Assembly (NCBI GenBank): GCA_019358915.1
Contig: JAHHIM010000073.1
Span: forward strand, 64,001-128,000
Length of the DNA: 64,000 nucleotides
Source: Trichormus sp. ATA11-4-KO1
Lineage (GTDB): Bacteria; Cyanobacteriota; Cyanobacteriia; Cyanobacteriales; Nostocaceae
Direction: 5' to 3'
A program made the position numbers and the translations under genes. Shown piece by piece: positions 29,151 through 38,903 of the stretch; within the stretch, counting starts at the first letter, position 1; each line of letters begins with the position of its first letter. The notes beneath the pieces are model-generated. The model did no database searches. It was not told the origin of the DNA and worked only from the letters and a program-made list of their open reading frames with translations.

Positions 29151-31403
29151 TTAAATTTTTGTCACAGAAATTGGATTAATATCCATTTTTTTCTTAGACA
29201 AAATTCGTGGTTTCAGTAAAATTTTAAATAAGAGGAACAACGAGATTAACTCTCCTGGTGCATTTTGATGTTTCCATTGTCCTGGACGACAAAATAATAT
29301 CTCAACAAGACGGCGGTGTTGACTCAATTTTACTGATTTAAACCTAACTCGTACTGTGGGAAATTCATCTTTAAACCCAGTACGAATAATTTTTCCACTC
29401 AGATGTAAGTTTTCGTCAGTAATTTCTATATCTACTGGCTGATTTGCTAATAGGTAAAAATGAGGTTTTTGAGTTAAAGCAATTTCTGCACCTACTTCTG
29501 ACATCATTGTAGTTATACCCCATAAACTTTGCTCACCAATTCTTAATTGCACTACTCGCCGCAAATCAAACCATTCATACATATCTGCTTTGGGAGCATC
29601 TAGTAAAATCCATAAGGTAATCCCAATCATGATGAAATTATAAGAACTCCATAGCCAAGCTAAATTGATACCTGTGATTTGTTTTGAGGTTTCTGGTGTA
29701 ATGATGATAGTCAACAAACTAACCGCAGTAGCCATAAACAAAATTATTAAAGGTAGAGCTAAGTTCCAGTTAAAGGTATAGCGATTGTTGAATATGCCTT
29801 TAGGTGTTACTTTAAATCCTTTGGCAAACGGATTAATCATAACTTGTATGATGTTCAATGCCAAAGGAAAACAGATGATTAATGAATAAATGTCTGATAG
29901 TAGTGCTGAAGATGAGCGATAATTCAACCAAGAAAATACGGCAAAATTTACTAAATAGTAAGGTAATAAAAAATATAATAGTTCTGCTGGTGTTGACTGG
30001 ATAGGAATTACATTTAAGAATGCATATGCTAATGGTATGAGTAAAAAATAAATACGGGAAATATTACTAAACCAATACAATAGTCCACCTAAATAAGCTA
30101 ATCTTTGAATAGGTGTCAATCCAGGAATTATTAAAGGATTTGTCTGAATGAATAACGACTGGAGTGTTCCTTGCTCCCACCTTAATCGTTGAATTGCATA
30201 GGAGGCAATATTTTCTGCTGCTAGACCAGCACTTAATTTTTCATTTAAATAAACTATCCGATAACCTTGAGCAGATAACCGAATTCCTGTGAAATAATCT
30301 TCGCTTAAAGATTCAACTACAAAACCCCCAGTTTTCTCTAAAATATTTCTGCGAACAACAAAAGAAGTCCCAGAACAAATGGCACTACCTGAAGCATCAC
30401 GACTCGCTTGAACTTGTCTATGAAATACTTCGGATTCATGGGTGAGAATGTTTTCTAGTCCAAGATTGCGAGCTATGGGGTCAGCATTATAAAAGCTTTG
30501 GGGTGTTTGCACAAGGGCAATTTTTGTATCTTGAAAGAAGCCAACGGTACGAGTAAGAAAGTTTTTTGTGGGAATAAAATCAGCGTCGAAAACTACTATC
30601 AATTCTCCCTGAGTCTTAGCGATCGCATGATTTAAATTTCCGGCTTTAGCATGACTATTATCTGGTCGTGTTATGTATTCACAACCTAACTCTTCAGCTA
30701 AATATTTCATTTCTAGTCGCCTAGTATCATCTAAAAGATAAATTTTTTTATTGGCATATTCTAGTGCTTGACAACCGATAATAGTGCGCCGCAAAATAAA
30801 AGTTGGTTCATTATAAGTTGGTATTAAAATATCAATAGATGGAGTAAAGCTGCCATCAATCACAGCTAACGATTTGGCATCTGCTTCCCGGTGTCGCTCT
30901 TTAATATTTAACAAAAAAAATAGCTGTATCATACTATTGAATAACACTAACATCTCTGCGAAGAATAAGCCGAGACTAAATACCCCATTTAATGGATCTG
31001 CAACATTCAAAGTCGAGAGCGATCGCCACAGCACATACCGCAAAGTTAAGATAATTAAAATTCCCACTATCAGCCGCCGAGACCAATTTCGGGGGTGAGG
31101 AGAAAGTTTCATCACCACAAATACAGTTAGTAGCAAGCCTACCGTAGGTAGCAGCAAATATTTACCCTTTACCGTTGGTACTTCCAACCAAATTGGTGGG
31201 TTTGTTTGCCAGGTGTGAATTTGAGTAAAAATTCCACTAATCTTATCATTACCTGTAAACCAAGCTGCTACTATAATGCAGGCTACAACAAAGAAACCTA
31301 AAAGAATCAGCGTTGTTGTTTGAGGTTTAAAAACTCTTTGGGAATCACGATGGGGAGGAATTTTACTACTAAACCTTGATGTGGGTAATTCGCGCTTTTG
31401 CAC
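29151..31403 (-). CDS. bcsA: Cellulose synthase-like processive GT2 with probable C-terminal PilZ domain
   Basis: PTYNE, LDD, HAKAGNLN, FDADF, QTPQ, SED and QRLRW motifs; GTG start. Confidence 0.88.
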   Translation of the reverse strand: MQKRELPTSRFSSKIPPHRDSQRVFKPQTTTLILLGFFVVACIIVAAWFTGNDKISGIFTQIHTWQTNPPIWLEVPTVKGKYLLLPTVGLLLTVFVVMKLSPHPRNWSRRLIVGILIILTLRYVLWRSLSTLNVADPLNGVFSLGLFFAEMLVLFNSMIQLFFLLNIKERHREADAKSLAVIDGSFTPSIDILIPTYNEPTFILRRTIIGCQALEYANKKIYLLDDTRRLEMKYLAEELGCEYITRPDNSHAKAGNLNHAIAKTQGELIVVFDADFIPTKNFLTRTVGFFQDTKIALVQTPQSFYNADPIARNLGLENILTHESEVFHRQVQASRDASGSAICSGTSFVVRRNILEKTGGFVVESLSEDYFTGIRLSAQGYRIVYLNEKLSAGLAAENIASYAIQRLRWEQGTLQSLFIQTNPLIIPGLTPIQRLAYLGGLLYWFSNISRIYFLLIPLAYAFLNVIPIQSTPAELLYFLLPYYLVNFAVFSWLNYRSSSALLSDIYSLIICFPLALNIIQVMINPFAKGFKVTPKGIFNNRYTFNWNLALPLIILFMATAVSLLTIIITPETSKQITGINLAWLWSSYNFIMIGITLWILLDAPKADMYEWFDLRRVVQLRIGEQSLWGITTMMSEVGAEIALTQKPHFYLLANQPVDIEITDENLHLSGKIIRTGFKDEFPTVRVRFKSVKLSQHRRLVEILFCRPGQWKHQNAPGELISLFLLFKILLKPRILSKKKMDINPISVTKI

Positions 31404-31847
31404 TTGATAAAACTCCTGAAAATAAATAATTTTCTTTGCTTATTGTGACGCATTTTGAAAAAATGTTACAACTTTAGCAAATTATTAAATTTTCTCTAAA
31501 AAAGCAAAACTAATTAGAGAATACCTCAGTATATTTACTGAGCAAGAAGAACACGTAGCTATACAAACCAAAGCCGCCTGTGCAAACTCCAGGAATTTGC
31601 ACCCCATGTAGGTAGTCTTTCCTCCGGGAATTAAAAAAGTGCGATGTTTCCCATCAATGAACCATGACACACAATGTTGTGGTTCACTAGCTACGGCATA
31701 ATATTTGTAGACTAATTAATTGTTGGTTTATTTAAAATCAGCTAAAAATCACGCAACTAAATTTTTAACAAATTCTCAGCTTAAATTAATTTTGCTCAAG
31801 AGATAAAGCTTTAAATTATCTTTAGACACTTTAAGGATATTAAATCT

Positions 31848-32297
31848 ATGAAATTTTCGCAATTAGTAATTCTTGGTATTGTTGCCATTATCACTATGGG
31901 CTGTACAACAGAGGTAACTTCAAATCAGCCAGATACTCCAACGCCAGTCGCCACAACCGTAGCTAGTCCAGTTGCTCAATCGGGAAACTTTCAGGCTGCG
32001 GAACACCCAACTCAGGGAAAAGTCAGCGTGATCACTGAACAAGGTAAACGTTACCTGGAGTTTGATCAAAATTTCAAAACTGATAAAGGCCCTGATTTAT
32101 TTGTAATTTTGCATCGTTCGGATGCACCGCCAGTTTCTGGTATTAAAGAAACAGATTATGTGAACGTTGCTCCTCTACAAAAGGTGAGTGGTAGTCAACG
32201 TTATGCTTTACCTGATAATGTGAATTTAGCAGACTTCAAGTCTGTGGCTATATGGTGTCGCCAATTTAATGCTACTTTTGGATATGCCGTTTTATAA
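31848..32297 (+). CDS. DM13-domain lipoprotein
   Basis: Lipobox-like ITMG-C; GPDLFVIL, GSQRYALP, SVAIWCRQFNATFGYA. Confidence 0.88.
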   Translation: MKFSQLVILGIVAIITMGCTTEVTSNQPDTPTPVATTVASPVAQSGNFQAAEHPTQGKVSVITEQGKRYLEFDQNFKTDKGPDLFVILHRSDAPPVSGIKETDYVNVAPLQKVSGSQRYALPDNVNLADFKSVAIWCRQFNATFGYAVL

Positions 32298-32308
32298 AAG
32301 GAAACAGT

Positions 32309-32344
32309 AAAAAGCAAAAGAAAAATTTTGCTCTTTTGCTTTTT
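32309..32344 (+). terminator. AT-rich hairpin between the DM13 and DUF4079 genes
   Basis: AAAAAGCAAAAGA...TCTTTTGCTTTTT. Confidence 0.4.
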
Positions 32345-32372
32345 CAACTATGCATAGTTTGGTGAACATTAT

Positions 32373-33092
32373 ATGGAAACAGTAGATTTTTTAGGACTTA
32401 TACATCCAGCGATCGCAGTTATTTTTGTCTTTCCTCTAATTGGGATTGTTGTTAACTTCGCCTGGCAAACACGCCAACGTCGGTTACAAACTTTAGCTGG
32501 CAATAAAAGCAAAGTTCCACCTGTAGTTGGTAAAGAACATAAGCAATTTGGCGACTGGTTGACAAGTGCAGTTGTGGGATTATCTTTAATAGGTTTAGCC
32601 TACCCAATTGGTAAAAATATTCTCAAAAATAAATTATGGATTCAGGAACCTTTCCAATTGGGATTTATCTTGTTAATGTTTATTTTAACTATTGCTTCCT
32701 TAGTATTACTTTACCGGGCAAGGCAACGTTTGTGGCGAGCAGTTTTTGCTACCTTAACTGGTGCAGGTTTAGTGATTCTTGGTTGCCAGAATGGAGTATT
32801 TCGCCGGACGAATGAGTGGTATTGGTCACATTACTATATTGGGATTACTGCATCATTGCTGATGATTTTTTCAGTAGCAATTGTGCAAGATATTTATCAA
32901 GATAAATCTCATCGCTGGCGCATAATTCATACAATATTAAATTGTGTGGCGCTATTATTATTTATTGGTCAAGGACTGACAGGGACGAGGGATTTACTAG
33001 AAATTCCTCTGAGTTGGCAAGCACCCTATGTGTATCAATGTGATTTCGTTAATAAAACTTGTCCGACACCAAATCAACAAGCACCACAGTGA
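32373..33092 (+). CDS. DUF4079-family membrane protein
   Basis: HPAIAV, WQTRQRRL, VGKEH, WSHYY, HTILN, QGLTGTRDLLEIP. Confidence 0.8.
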   Translation: METVDFLGLIHPAIAVIFVFPLIGIVVNFAWQTRQRRLQTLAGNKSKVPPVVGKEHKQFGDWLTSAVVGLSLIGLAYPIGKNILKNKLWIQEPFQLGFILLMFILTIASLVLLYRARQRLWRAVFATLTGAGLVILGCQNGVFRRTNEWYWSHYYIGITASLLMIFSVAIVQDIYQDKSHRWRIIHTILNCVALLLFIGQGLTGTRDLLEIPLSWQAPYVYQCDFVNKTCPTPNQQAPQ

Positions 33093-34519
33093 AGCAAATT
33101 AACAAAATTTGGCCGAGAATTGACCCTTGTTCATTGCAGGTACGCCTAACAGTTGGTATTGCTGCGGTTTCAGCCTTGGGATTAGGTAGCTTAGCTATGT
33201 GGACAAGCTGGAAAATGAAGGAATTATTAATTAATAGTCATAAATATAATATTGAAAGAATTGCCAAACGCCTACCACATGATGTGCAACTTTATAGTGA
33301 AATGATGTCATCAGAAACTGGGTTGAAAAAGGCAATTGATAACTTAACAACTACTAATACATTTTTGTGGATCAAAAGTCCTGAGAATAAAATCATAGCG
33401 AAATCCGGCAATTGGCCTCAGCTATCTCATGAAACCGCAACTGAGTTAATGTCCCTCACCGAGATGTCAATTAAACCGCAAGTTGATCAAGTTGATCAAC
33501 GCTACTTTGTTGTGTGCGGTGCTTCATTAGCAGTAGAGGGTAAAAAGTTAGGAAGTTTGTTCGTAGTCCAGGATGTTACCCGCGAACAAACAATGTTTTT
33601 AGTAATTGTGCGAAGTTTGGGAATTGGCAGTGTTTTTGTGATTACGGCAATTTCTGCTGCGATCGCATTTTATATTCAGCGTTCTCTGCAACCTCTGCGT
33701 CAGTTAAGTCAAATGACAGAAGTCATTTCCATTAAGGATTTAGGACAAGCGCAACTTTATCTAGATCATGCACCTAGCGAAGTTAAAGAATTAGCCCAGA
33801 CTTGCAACATGATGTTATCTCGTCTCTCCCAATCTTGGGAACAAGAGCAACAATTTGTGAGTAATGTTTCTCACGAGTTACGCACACCGCTAACAATAGT
33901 ACAAGGGTATTTGCAAAGTGTATTACGTCGGCAAAATAACTTAACTCCCACCCAACAAGAAGCTTTAGAAACTGCGGCGACGGAAGCAGAACATACCATC
34001 CGTCTTTTACAAGACTTACTTGATTTAGCTAGAGCAGATAGTGGTTATTTGCATTTTCGTCGGGAACCCTGTGTACTCAACGACTTAGTTACAGAAATTG
34101 TGGGGATGGCAGAAAAATATAGCGATCGCCAAATTATCATTGAGTCTACAAATCAGCCTATCGAAGTAAAAGTTGACTCGGCTCGTCTCAAACAAGTATT
34201 ATTGAATTTAATTGATAATGCTGTTAAATACTCTGAAGCTAACACACCCGTAATTATCAAGTTATCTCAGCAAAAAGAAGAAGCAATTATTCAAGTTTGT
34301 GACCAAGGTTATGGCATACCTTTACAACACCAATCGCGGATTTTTGAACGATTTTACCGCGTAGATGAAGCTCGTACCCGTTCTACCGGCGGCTGTGGTT
34401 TGGGTTTATCAATTGTCAAGACACTTGTAGAAGGTATGGGTGGTAGTGTGACGGTGCGATCGCGCTTGGGTGAAGGGAGTATTTTTATGATAGTTTTACC
34501 CGCCTACCAATTACTATAA
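33089..34519 (+). CDS. Membrane sensor histidine kinase (2 TM, HAMP, HisKA, HATPase)
   Basis: SHELRTPL, NLIDNAVKYS, DQGYGI, GCGLGL; GTG start overlapping the DUF4079 stop. Confidence 0.93.
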   Translation: MKQINKIWPRIDPCSLQVRLTVGIAAVSALGLGSLAMWTSWKMKELLINSHKYNIERIAKRLPHDVQLYSEMMSSETGLKKAIDNLTTTNTFLWIKSPENKIIAKSGNWPQLSHETATELMSLTEMSIKPQVDQVDQRYFVVCGASLAVEGKKLGSLFVVQDVTREQTMFLVIVRSLGIGSVFVITAISAAIAFYIQRSLQPLRQLSQMTEVISIKDLGQAQLYLDHAPSEVKELAQTCNMMLSRLSQSWEQEQQFVSNVSHELRTPLTIVQGYLQSVLRRQNNLTPTQQEALETAATEAEHTIRLLQDLLDLARADSGYLHFRREPCVLNDLVTEIVGMAEKYSDRQIIIESTNQPIEVKVDSARLKQVLLNLIDNAVKYSEANTPVIIKLSQQKEEAIIQVCDQGYGIPLQHQSRIFERFYRVDEARTRSTGGCGLGLSIVKTLVEGMGGSVTVRSRLGEGSIFMIVLPAYQLL

Positions 34520-34522
34520 TGA

Positions 34523-35689
34523 TTAAATATAATGCAATGGCAGTGTCACTATCACAGTTGTACCCATATTCTGCTGGCTTTCTATTTTAATCTCTCCTCC
34601 ATGTATATCTACACACTGTTTAACAATAGCGAGTCCTAGCCCTGTTCCTTGAACTCGATGCACATTACTGGCACGATAGAAAGTTTGAAATAAATTAGGT
34701 TGGTCTTTAATAGGAATTCCCCTTCCTTGGTCTTTTACCCAGAAAGTTGCAATACCATTCTTACAAATCAAATCAAATTGAATATTGCTTTGTTCAGGCG
34801 AATACTTGATAGCATTGGAGAGTAAATTGGTAAAAATACAATTTAGTAAGTCCTCATCCATGTATGCTGGGGAGCATTCACCTTCATAAGTAAAGGTAAT
34901 GATATGCTGATTACCTGCACCAAATTGAAAAATTTCTGTGAGTTCGCTACAAAAGTTTGCTAAATGCAAAGGTGCAGGTTTATATTCTAGTTTTGCTGCT
35001 TCAGTTTTACTTAAAAATAATATCTCGTCTAATAGCTGAAGCATCTGTTTAATAGCATTTTGCACCCGATCAAAGTATTTAGTTCTTTGCTCGTCAGTAA
35101 GTTTATCGTTGTTGTATTCGATAATTTCTAAAGCCGTGCGAATCGTGGTCATGGGGTTGCGAAACTCGTGGGAAACCATGGCGACAAAGTTAGACTTTAG
35201 CTCGTTGAGTTCTTGTTCTTTTAACAAAGCTTGACGACTACGTTCTTCACTTTCTCGTAGCTTGTTGAGTATTTCTTCCCTCTCCAGAGCATAGCGAACA
35301 GCACGCATTAATAGTTGTATGGTAATTTGATCTTTGACAAGATAGTCCTGTGCGCCTTCTGCCAACGCTTGCAGTGCCAATTCTTCATCATCAAGTCCTG
35401 TTAGTACTACGACTGGGACATTTGGGACTGCGGCTCGATATTCTTTGAGTGTCTCTAGTCCAGTGGAGTCTGGAAGGCTAAGGTCTAACAAGACTACATC
35501 AAATCTGCGTTGCTGGAAATTTCCAATTTGAGAATCACCAGACCTTAAATTTTCTTGACTAGCACTTATAGCTTCATGCAAGCGTTCAACATGTGTCATC
35601 CGCCAATTTTCTTGATCTGTACGCAAAAATATTTGACGTAGCAGCCTGGCATCGGTAGGGCTATCTTCTACTAATAGAATGTGAATCAT
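34523..35689 (-). CDS. Hybrid receiver-histidine kinase
   Basis: N-terminal REC (LLVED, LLDLSLPD), SHEFRNPM, NAIKYS, GTGLGL. Confidence 0.93.
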   Translation of the reverse strand: MIHILLVEDSPTDARLLRQIFLRTDQENWRMTHVERLHEAISASQENLRSGDSQIGNFQQRRFDVVLLDLSLPDSTGLETLKEYRAAVPNVPVVVLTGLDDEELALQALAEGAQDYLVKDQITIQLLMRAVRYALEREEILNKLRESEERSRQALLKEQELNELKSNFVAMVSHEFRNPMTTIRTALEIIEYNNDKLTDEQRTKYFDRVQNAIKQMLQLLDEILFLSKTEAAKLEYKPAPLHLANFCSELTEIFQFGAGNQHIITFTYEGECSPAYMDEDLLNCIFTNLLSNAIKYSPEQSNIQFDLICKNGIATFWVKDQGRGIPIKDQPNLFQTFYRASNVHRVQGTGLGLAIVKQCVDIHGGEIKIESQQNMGTTVIVTLPLHYI

Positions 35690-35783
35690 TATCTCTTTTA
35701 CACAATATAGTTGTATAAATTAACCTAATAATTACCGAATTTACCGTATGTCAGAAGGCAGGGAATATTTTAAATTTGTACTC

Positions 35784-36233
35784 TTAAAATTCTCTGGGTA
35801 GTGCTACTGCTGCCAGCCAAAAATCTTTGATTAAGTGTACAACCTGAATAAATTGGTAAACATCTAGAGGTTTTGTGACATAGCAATTAGCACTAAGATT
35901 ATAAGAACGTAGTATGTCATGCTCATCAGCTGAAGTAGTAAGTACAACAACAGGAATCAGCTTGAGATTGGGGTCTGATTTGATTTCTGTTAGCACTTCA
36001 CGCCCATCCATTCCTGGAAGATTCAGGTCAAGCAAGATTAAGTCTGGACGAGGGGCATCAGTAAACTCTTCTTGCTGTCGCAAGTAGTTCATGGCAGTTT
36101 CACCATCTTCCACCCAGTGCAGGTTATTGGCAATTTTAGCGTTCACAAAGCCTTTGATGGTCAGATTAGCATCGCTAGGAGAGTCTTCCACTAGCAAAAT
36201 TTCAATATGACGGAATGCCTGATTGTTGACCAT
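35784..36233 (-). CDS. Single-domain response regulator (Rcp1-like)
   Basis: [28 protein letters not shown]. Confidence 0.93.
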   Translation of the reverse strand: MVNNQAFRHIEILLVEDSPSDANLTIKGFVNAKIANNLHWVEDGETAMNYLRQQEEFTDAPRPDLILLDLNLPGMDGREVLTEIKSDPNLKLIPVVVLTTSADEHDILRSYNLSANCYVTKPLDVYQFIQVVHLIKDFWLAAVALPREF

Positions 36234-36289
36234 GCAGTTATTAAAGTGTTGTTAGGCATTTAATATAATGTATACCTTAATAAGTTAAC

Positions 36290-38491
36290 CTAATTCTCTT
36301 TCAGGGTCATGTAAAAAATTGTTCCTACCCCTGGCTGGGATTCTGCCCAGATTTGGCCACCATGACGTTCGACAATTTTTTTGCAGATAGCTAGGCCAAT
36401 ACCTGTTCCGGAAAATTCCCGTCGCGTATGCAGTCGCCGGAAAACCTCAAAAATCCGCTCAAGGTACTGGGGTTTTATACCAATGCCATTATCTTGTACT
36501 GAAAATAGCCATTCGTTATGAATAGGGAGCGGGGACTGGGAATTAGGAAATTTTCCCTCATCTCCCTGGTCTCTTTTAACTGCACCGATGTGAATTCGTG
36601 GTGGTTCTTGTTTGCGAAACTTGATAGCGTTGCCGATGAGATTTTGGAATAACTGCACTAATTGGGTTTTATCTGCGAGTAACTTCGGCAAAGGATCATG
36701 AGTGATTATGGCATTGCTTTGTGCGATCGCCATGTGTAAATTACTGAGAGCTAGATTGAGTACAGCATGACAATCAATTAAGGCAAATTCTTGACCACGA
36801 GTGGCCACACGGGAATAAGCCAGCAAGTCTTGAATTAATTGCTGCATCCGCTTTGCTCCATCGACAATGTAACCAAAGTACTCCTGAGCAGACTCATCAA
36901 ACAGTTCTTGATATTCCTGCCCTAATAGTTGGCTATAACCTGTCACAGCTCGTAATGGTTCTTGCAAATCATGGGAAGCCACATAAGCAAATTGCTCTAA
37001 TTCTTGGTTTGAGCGTTTTAGCTCTTCATTGAGTTTTTGTAATTCCGATGTTCGTTCTTGAACCTTAATTTCTAATTCTGCCTTAGCTTGTTTTAGTACT
37101 GCTTCGGCAAGTTTGCGGTCTGTAATATCAGTATGAGTACCTACCCACTCTATAACTTCATTGTTGGCATCCAAAACGGGAACGGCACGCGCGGCAAAAA
37201 ATCGATAGCCGCCATCAGCAACCCGGACACGATTTTCCATTTTGTAAATACTTTTGGTTTCTAGCGCCTGATTCCACAATAACTTGGTCAACTCCCGATC
37301 TTCGGGATGTATCGCATTCAGCCGCCCCCAGCCCTTGACTTCTGACTCACTTTGTCCGGTTAAAGCTCTCCAAGATGGAATATCTTCTACCACATTACCG
37401 TGAGGATCAGTGATCAAGACGGCTTGAGATGTCGCCAGCACTAATGAGCGATAGCGTCTTTCATTCTTTTCTAGGGAAATTTCTGCTTGTTTGCGGCGAG
37501 TGATATCTTGAAAGAAAATTGATAGTCCTTCTGGGGATGGGTAGATGCGATTTTCCAACCAGCGCTCCCAAGGTGGATAATATTCTTCCATCTGAATTAC
37601 TCGCTGTTCTGCCACAGCCTGATAATAGTTGTGATAAAACTTTTGTCCCACACCTTCGGGAAATTCTTCCCAGATATTTTTGCCAATCAAATCTGCGGGG
37701 TGGCGGTTCAAAATTTGTCCTGCCCTCTGATTAACGTAGGTGTAACACCAATTGCCATCAAGGGCAACAAAGGCATCTGTGACACTTTCTAAAATATTTG
37801 CTAGATTCGCTTTTGCTGCTTGTTGTTCCAGATGAATAGCCTCTTTAGATAAAGTTTGATTAATCTGAATTTGCTTTTGTAGTAGTGAATAAACAACTAC
37901 TAGCAGCATGACGCTCAAACCATATCCTAGACTTACCACAAGGATAATTTCATGAATCAGAGTATCTGTAACTCTTGTTAGTTGTTGCAATAAAGTAGTT
38001 TCTTCATTTTGAATTTCTTGGCTGATTGTTTGCAATTTTTGGCAGAGATCGAAGCCTTGTTTAGTAAGAGCTAGTTTAGTTGCTGTGTCTAAATTATTTT
38101 GCTCGAATAGGCTAATTGACTGTGCAAGTAAAACAAACTTCTGAGCAATTAAGGGTTCCAGTTGCTCAAGTCGGTTTTGTTGTCTGAGGTTATCTTTAGT
38201 TAACTGCTGTATACGTTGCAGTTTTTGATACACATTCTGTTTCTCATCTTGATAAATTTCTCGGTAAACTGTATTTCCTGTAAGAATGTAACTACTTCGT
38301 CCACTTTCGGCATTGCTAAAACTAGCTCTCATATTATCTAGGGCTTCTATAACTTGATAAGTATGAATTACCCATTGTTTCTCCCTATTCAATCTTTGGA
38401 TGCTCACATAGGAAGCTACACCGACACCACACAGTAGCACTAGTGCCAAGCTAAAACCGCCTGCAACAAATTTTCCTGACAGTTTGTTCAT
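36290..38491 (-). CDS. CHASE3-PAS-PAS sensor histidine kinase
   Basis: TM + WVIHTYQV (CHASE3), two PAS domains, ASHDLQEPLR, NAIKF, GTGIGL. Confidence 0.9.
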   Translation of the reverse strand: MNKLSGKFVAGGFSLALVLLCGVGVASYVSIQRLNREKQWVIHTYQVIEALDNMRASFSNAESGRSSYILTGNTVYREIYQDEKQNVYQKLQRIQQLTKDNLRQQNRLEQLEPLIAQKFVLLAQSISLFEQNNLDTATKLALTKQGFDLCQKLQTISQEIQNEETTLLQQLTRVTDTLIHEIILVVSLGYGLSVMLLVVVYSLLQKQIQINQTLSKEAIHLEQQAAKANLANILESVTDAFVALDGNWCYTYVNQRAGQILNRHPADLIGKNIWEEFPEGVGQKFYHNYYQAVAEQRVIQMEEYYPPWERWLENRIYPSPEGLSIFFQDITRRKQAEISLEKNERRYRSLVLATSQAVLITDPHGNVVEDIPSWRALTGQSESEVKGWGRLNAIHPEDRELTKLLWNQALETKSIYKMENRVRVADGGYRFFAARAVPVLDANNEVIEWVGTHTDITDRKLAEAVLKQAKAELEIKVQERTSELQKLNEELKRSNQELEQFAYVASHDLQEPLRAVTGYSQLLGQEYQELFDESAQEYFGYIVDGAKRMQQLIQDLLAYSRVATRGQEFALIDCHAVLNLALSNLHMAIAQSNAIITHDPLPKLLADKTQLVQLFQNLIGNAIKFRKQEPPRIHIGAVKRDQGDEGKFPNSQSPLPIHNEWLFSVQDNGIGIKPQYLERIFEVFRRLHTRREFSGTGIGLAICKKIVERHGGQIWAESQPGVGTIFYMTLKEN

Positions 38492-38903
38492 GGAATACTC
38501 GCAGAATTGCAGCTATTAACCGAATTAGATTTGATACTAATGGCAAGCTGCTATTTACCTATGAATAAAATCATACAACCAGTTGGTAACCTGCTACTTG
38601 ATGCTATATCAAATCTTGCGCCTAACCCATTTCCCACCAAGAAATTTAAGCCATCTAGGAGGTTTAAGTAAGTCTGTGGGAATAAATCAAACTATGTTCA
38701 GCAATGTAAAATCATTGAAATTGAGTTTTTAGTCAGCTTACAATCCGGCTGTGACTGGATACAAGATTATTTACAAGAAAGCAGAGAGGCAGAGGGGCGG
38801 AGGAGAAAAAAACTTATATATATTTTAGGTAACTCCAAAAATTAAATTACTACTATCCTGCTTCCCTGCTCCCCTGCCTCTGCTTAACCAATCAATAGAT
38901 AAA

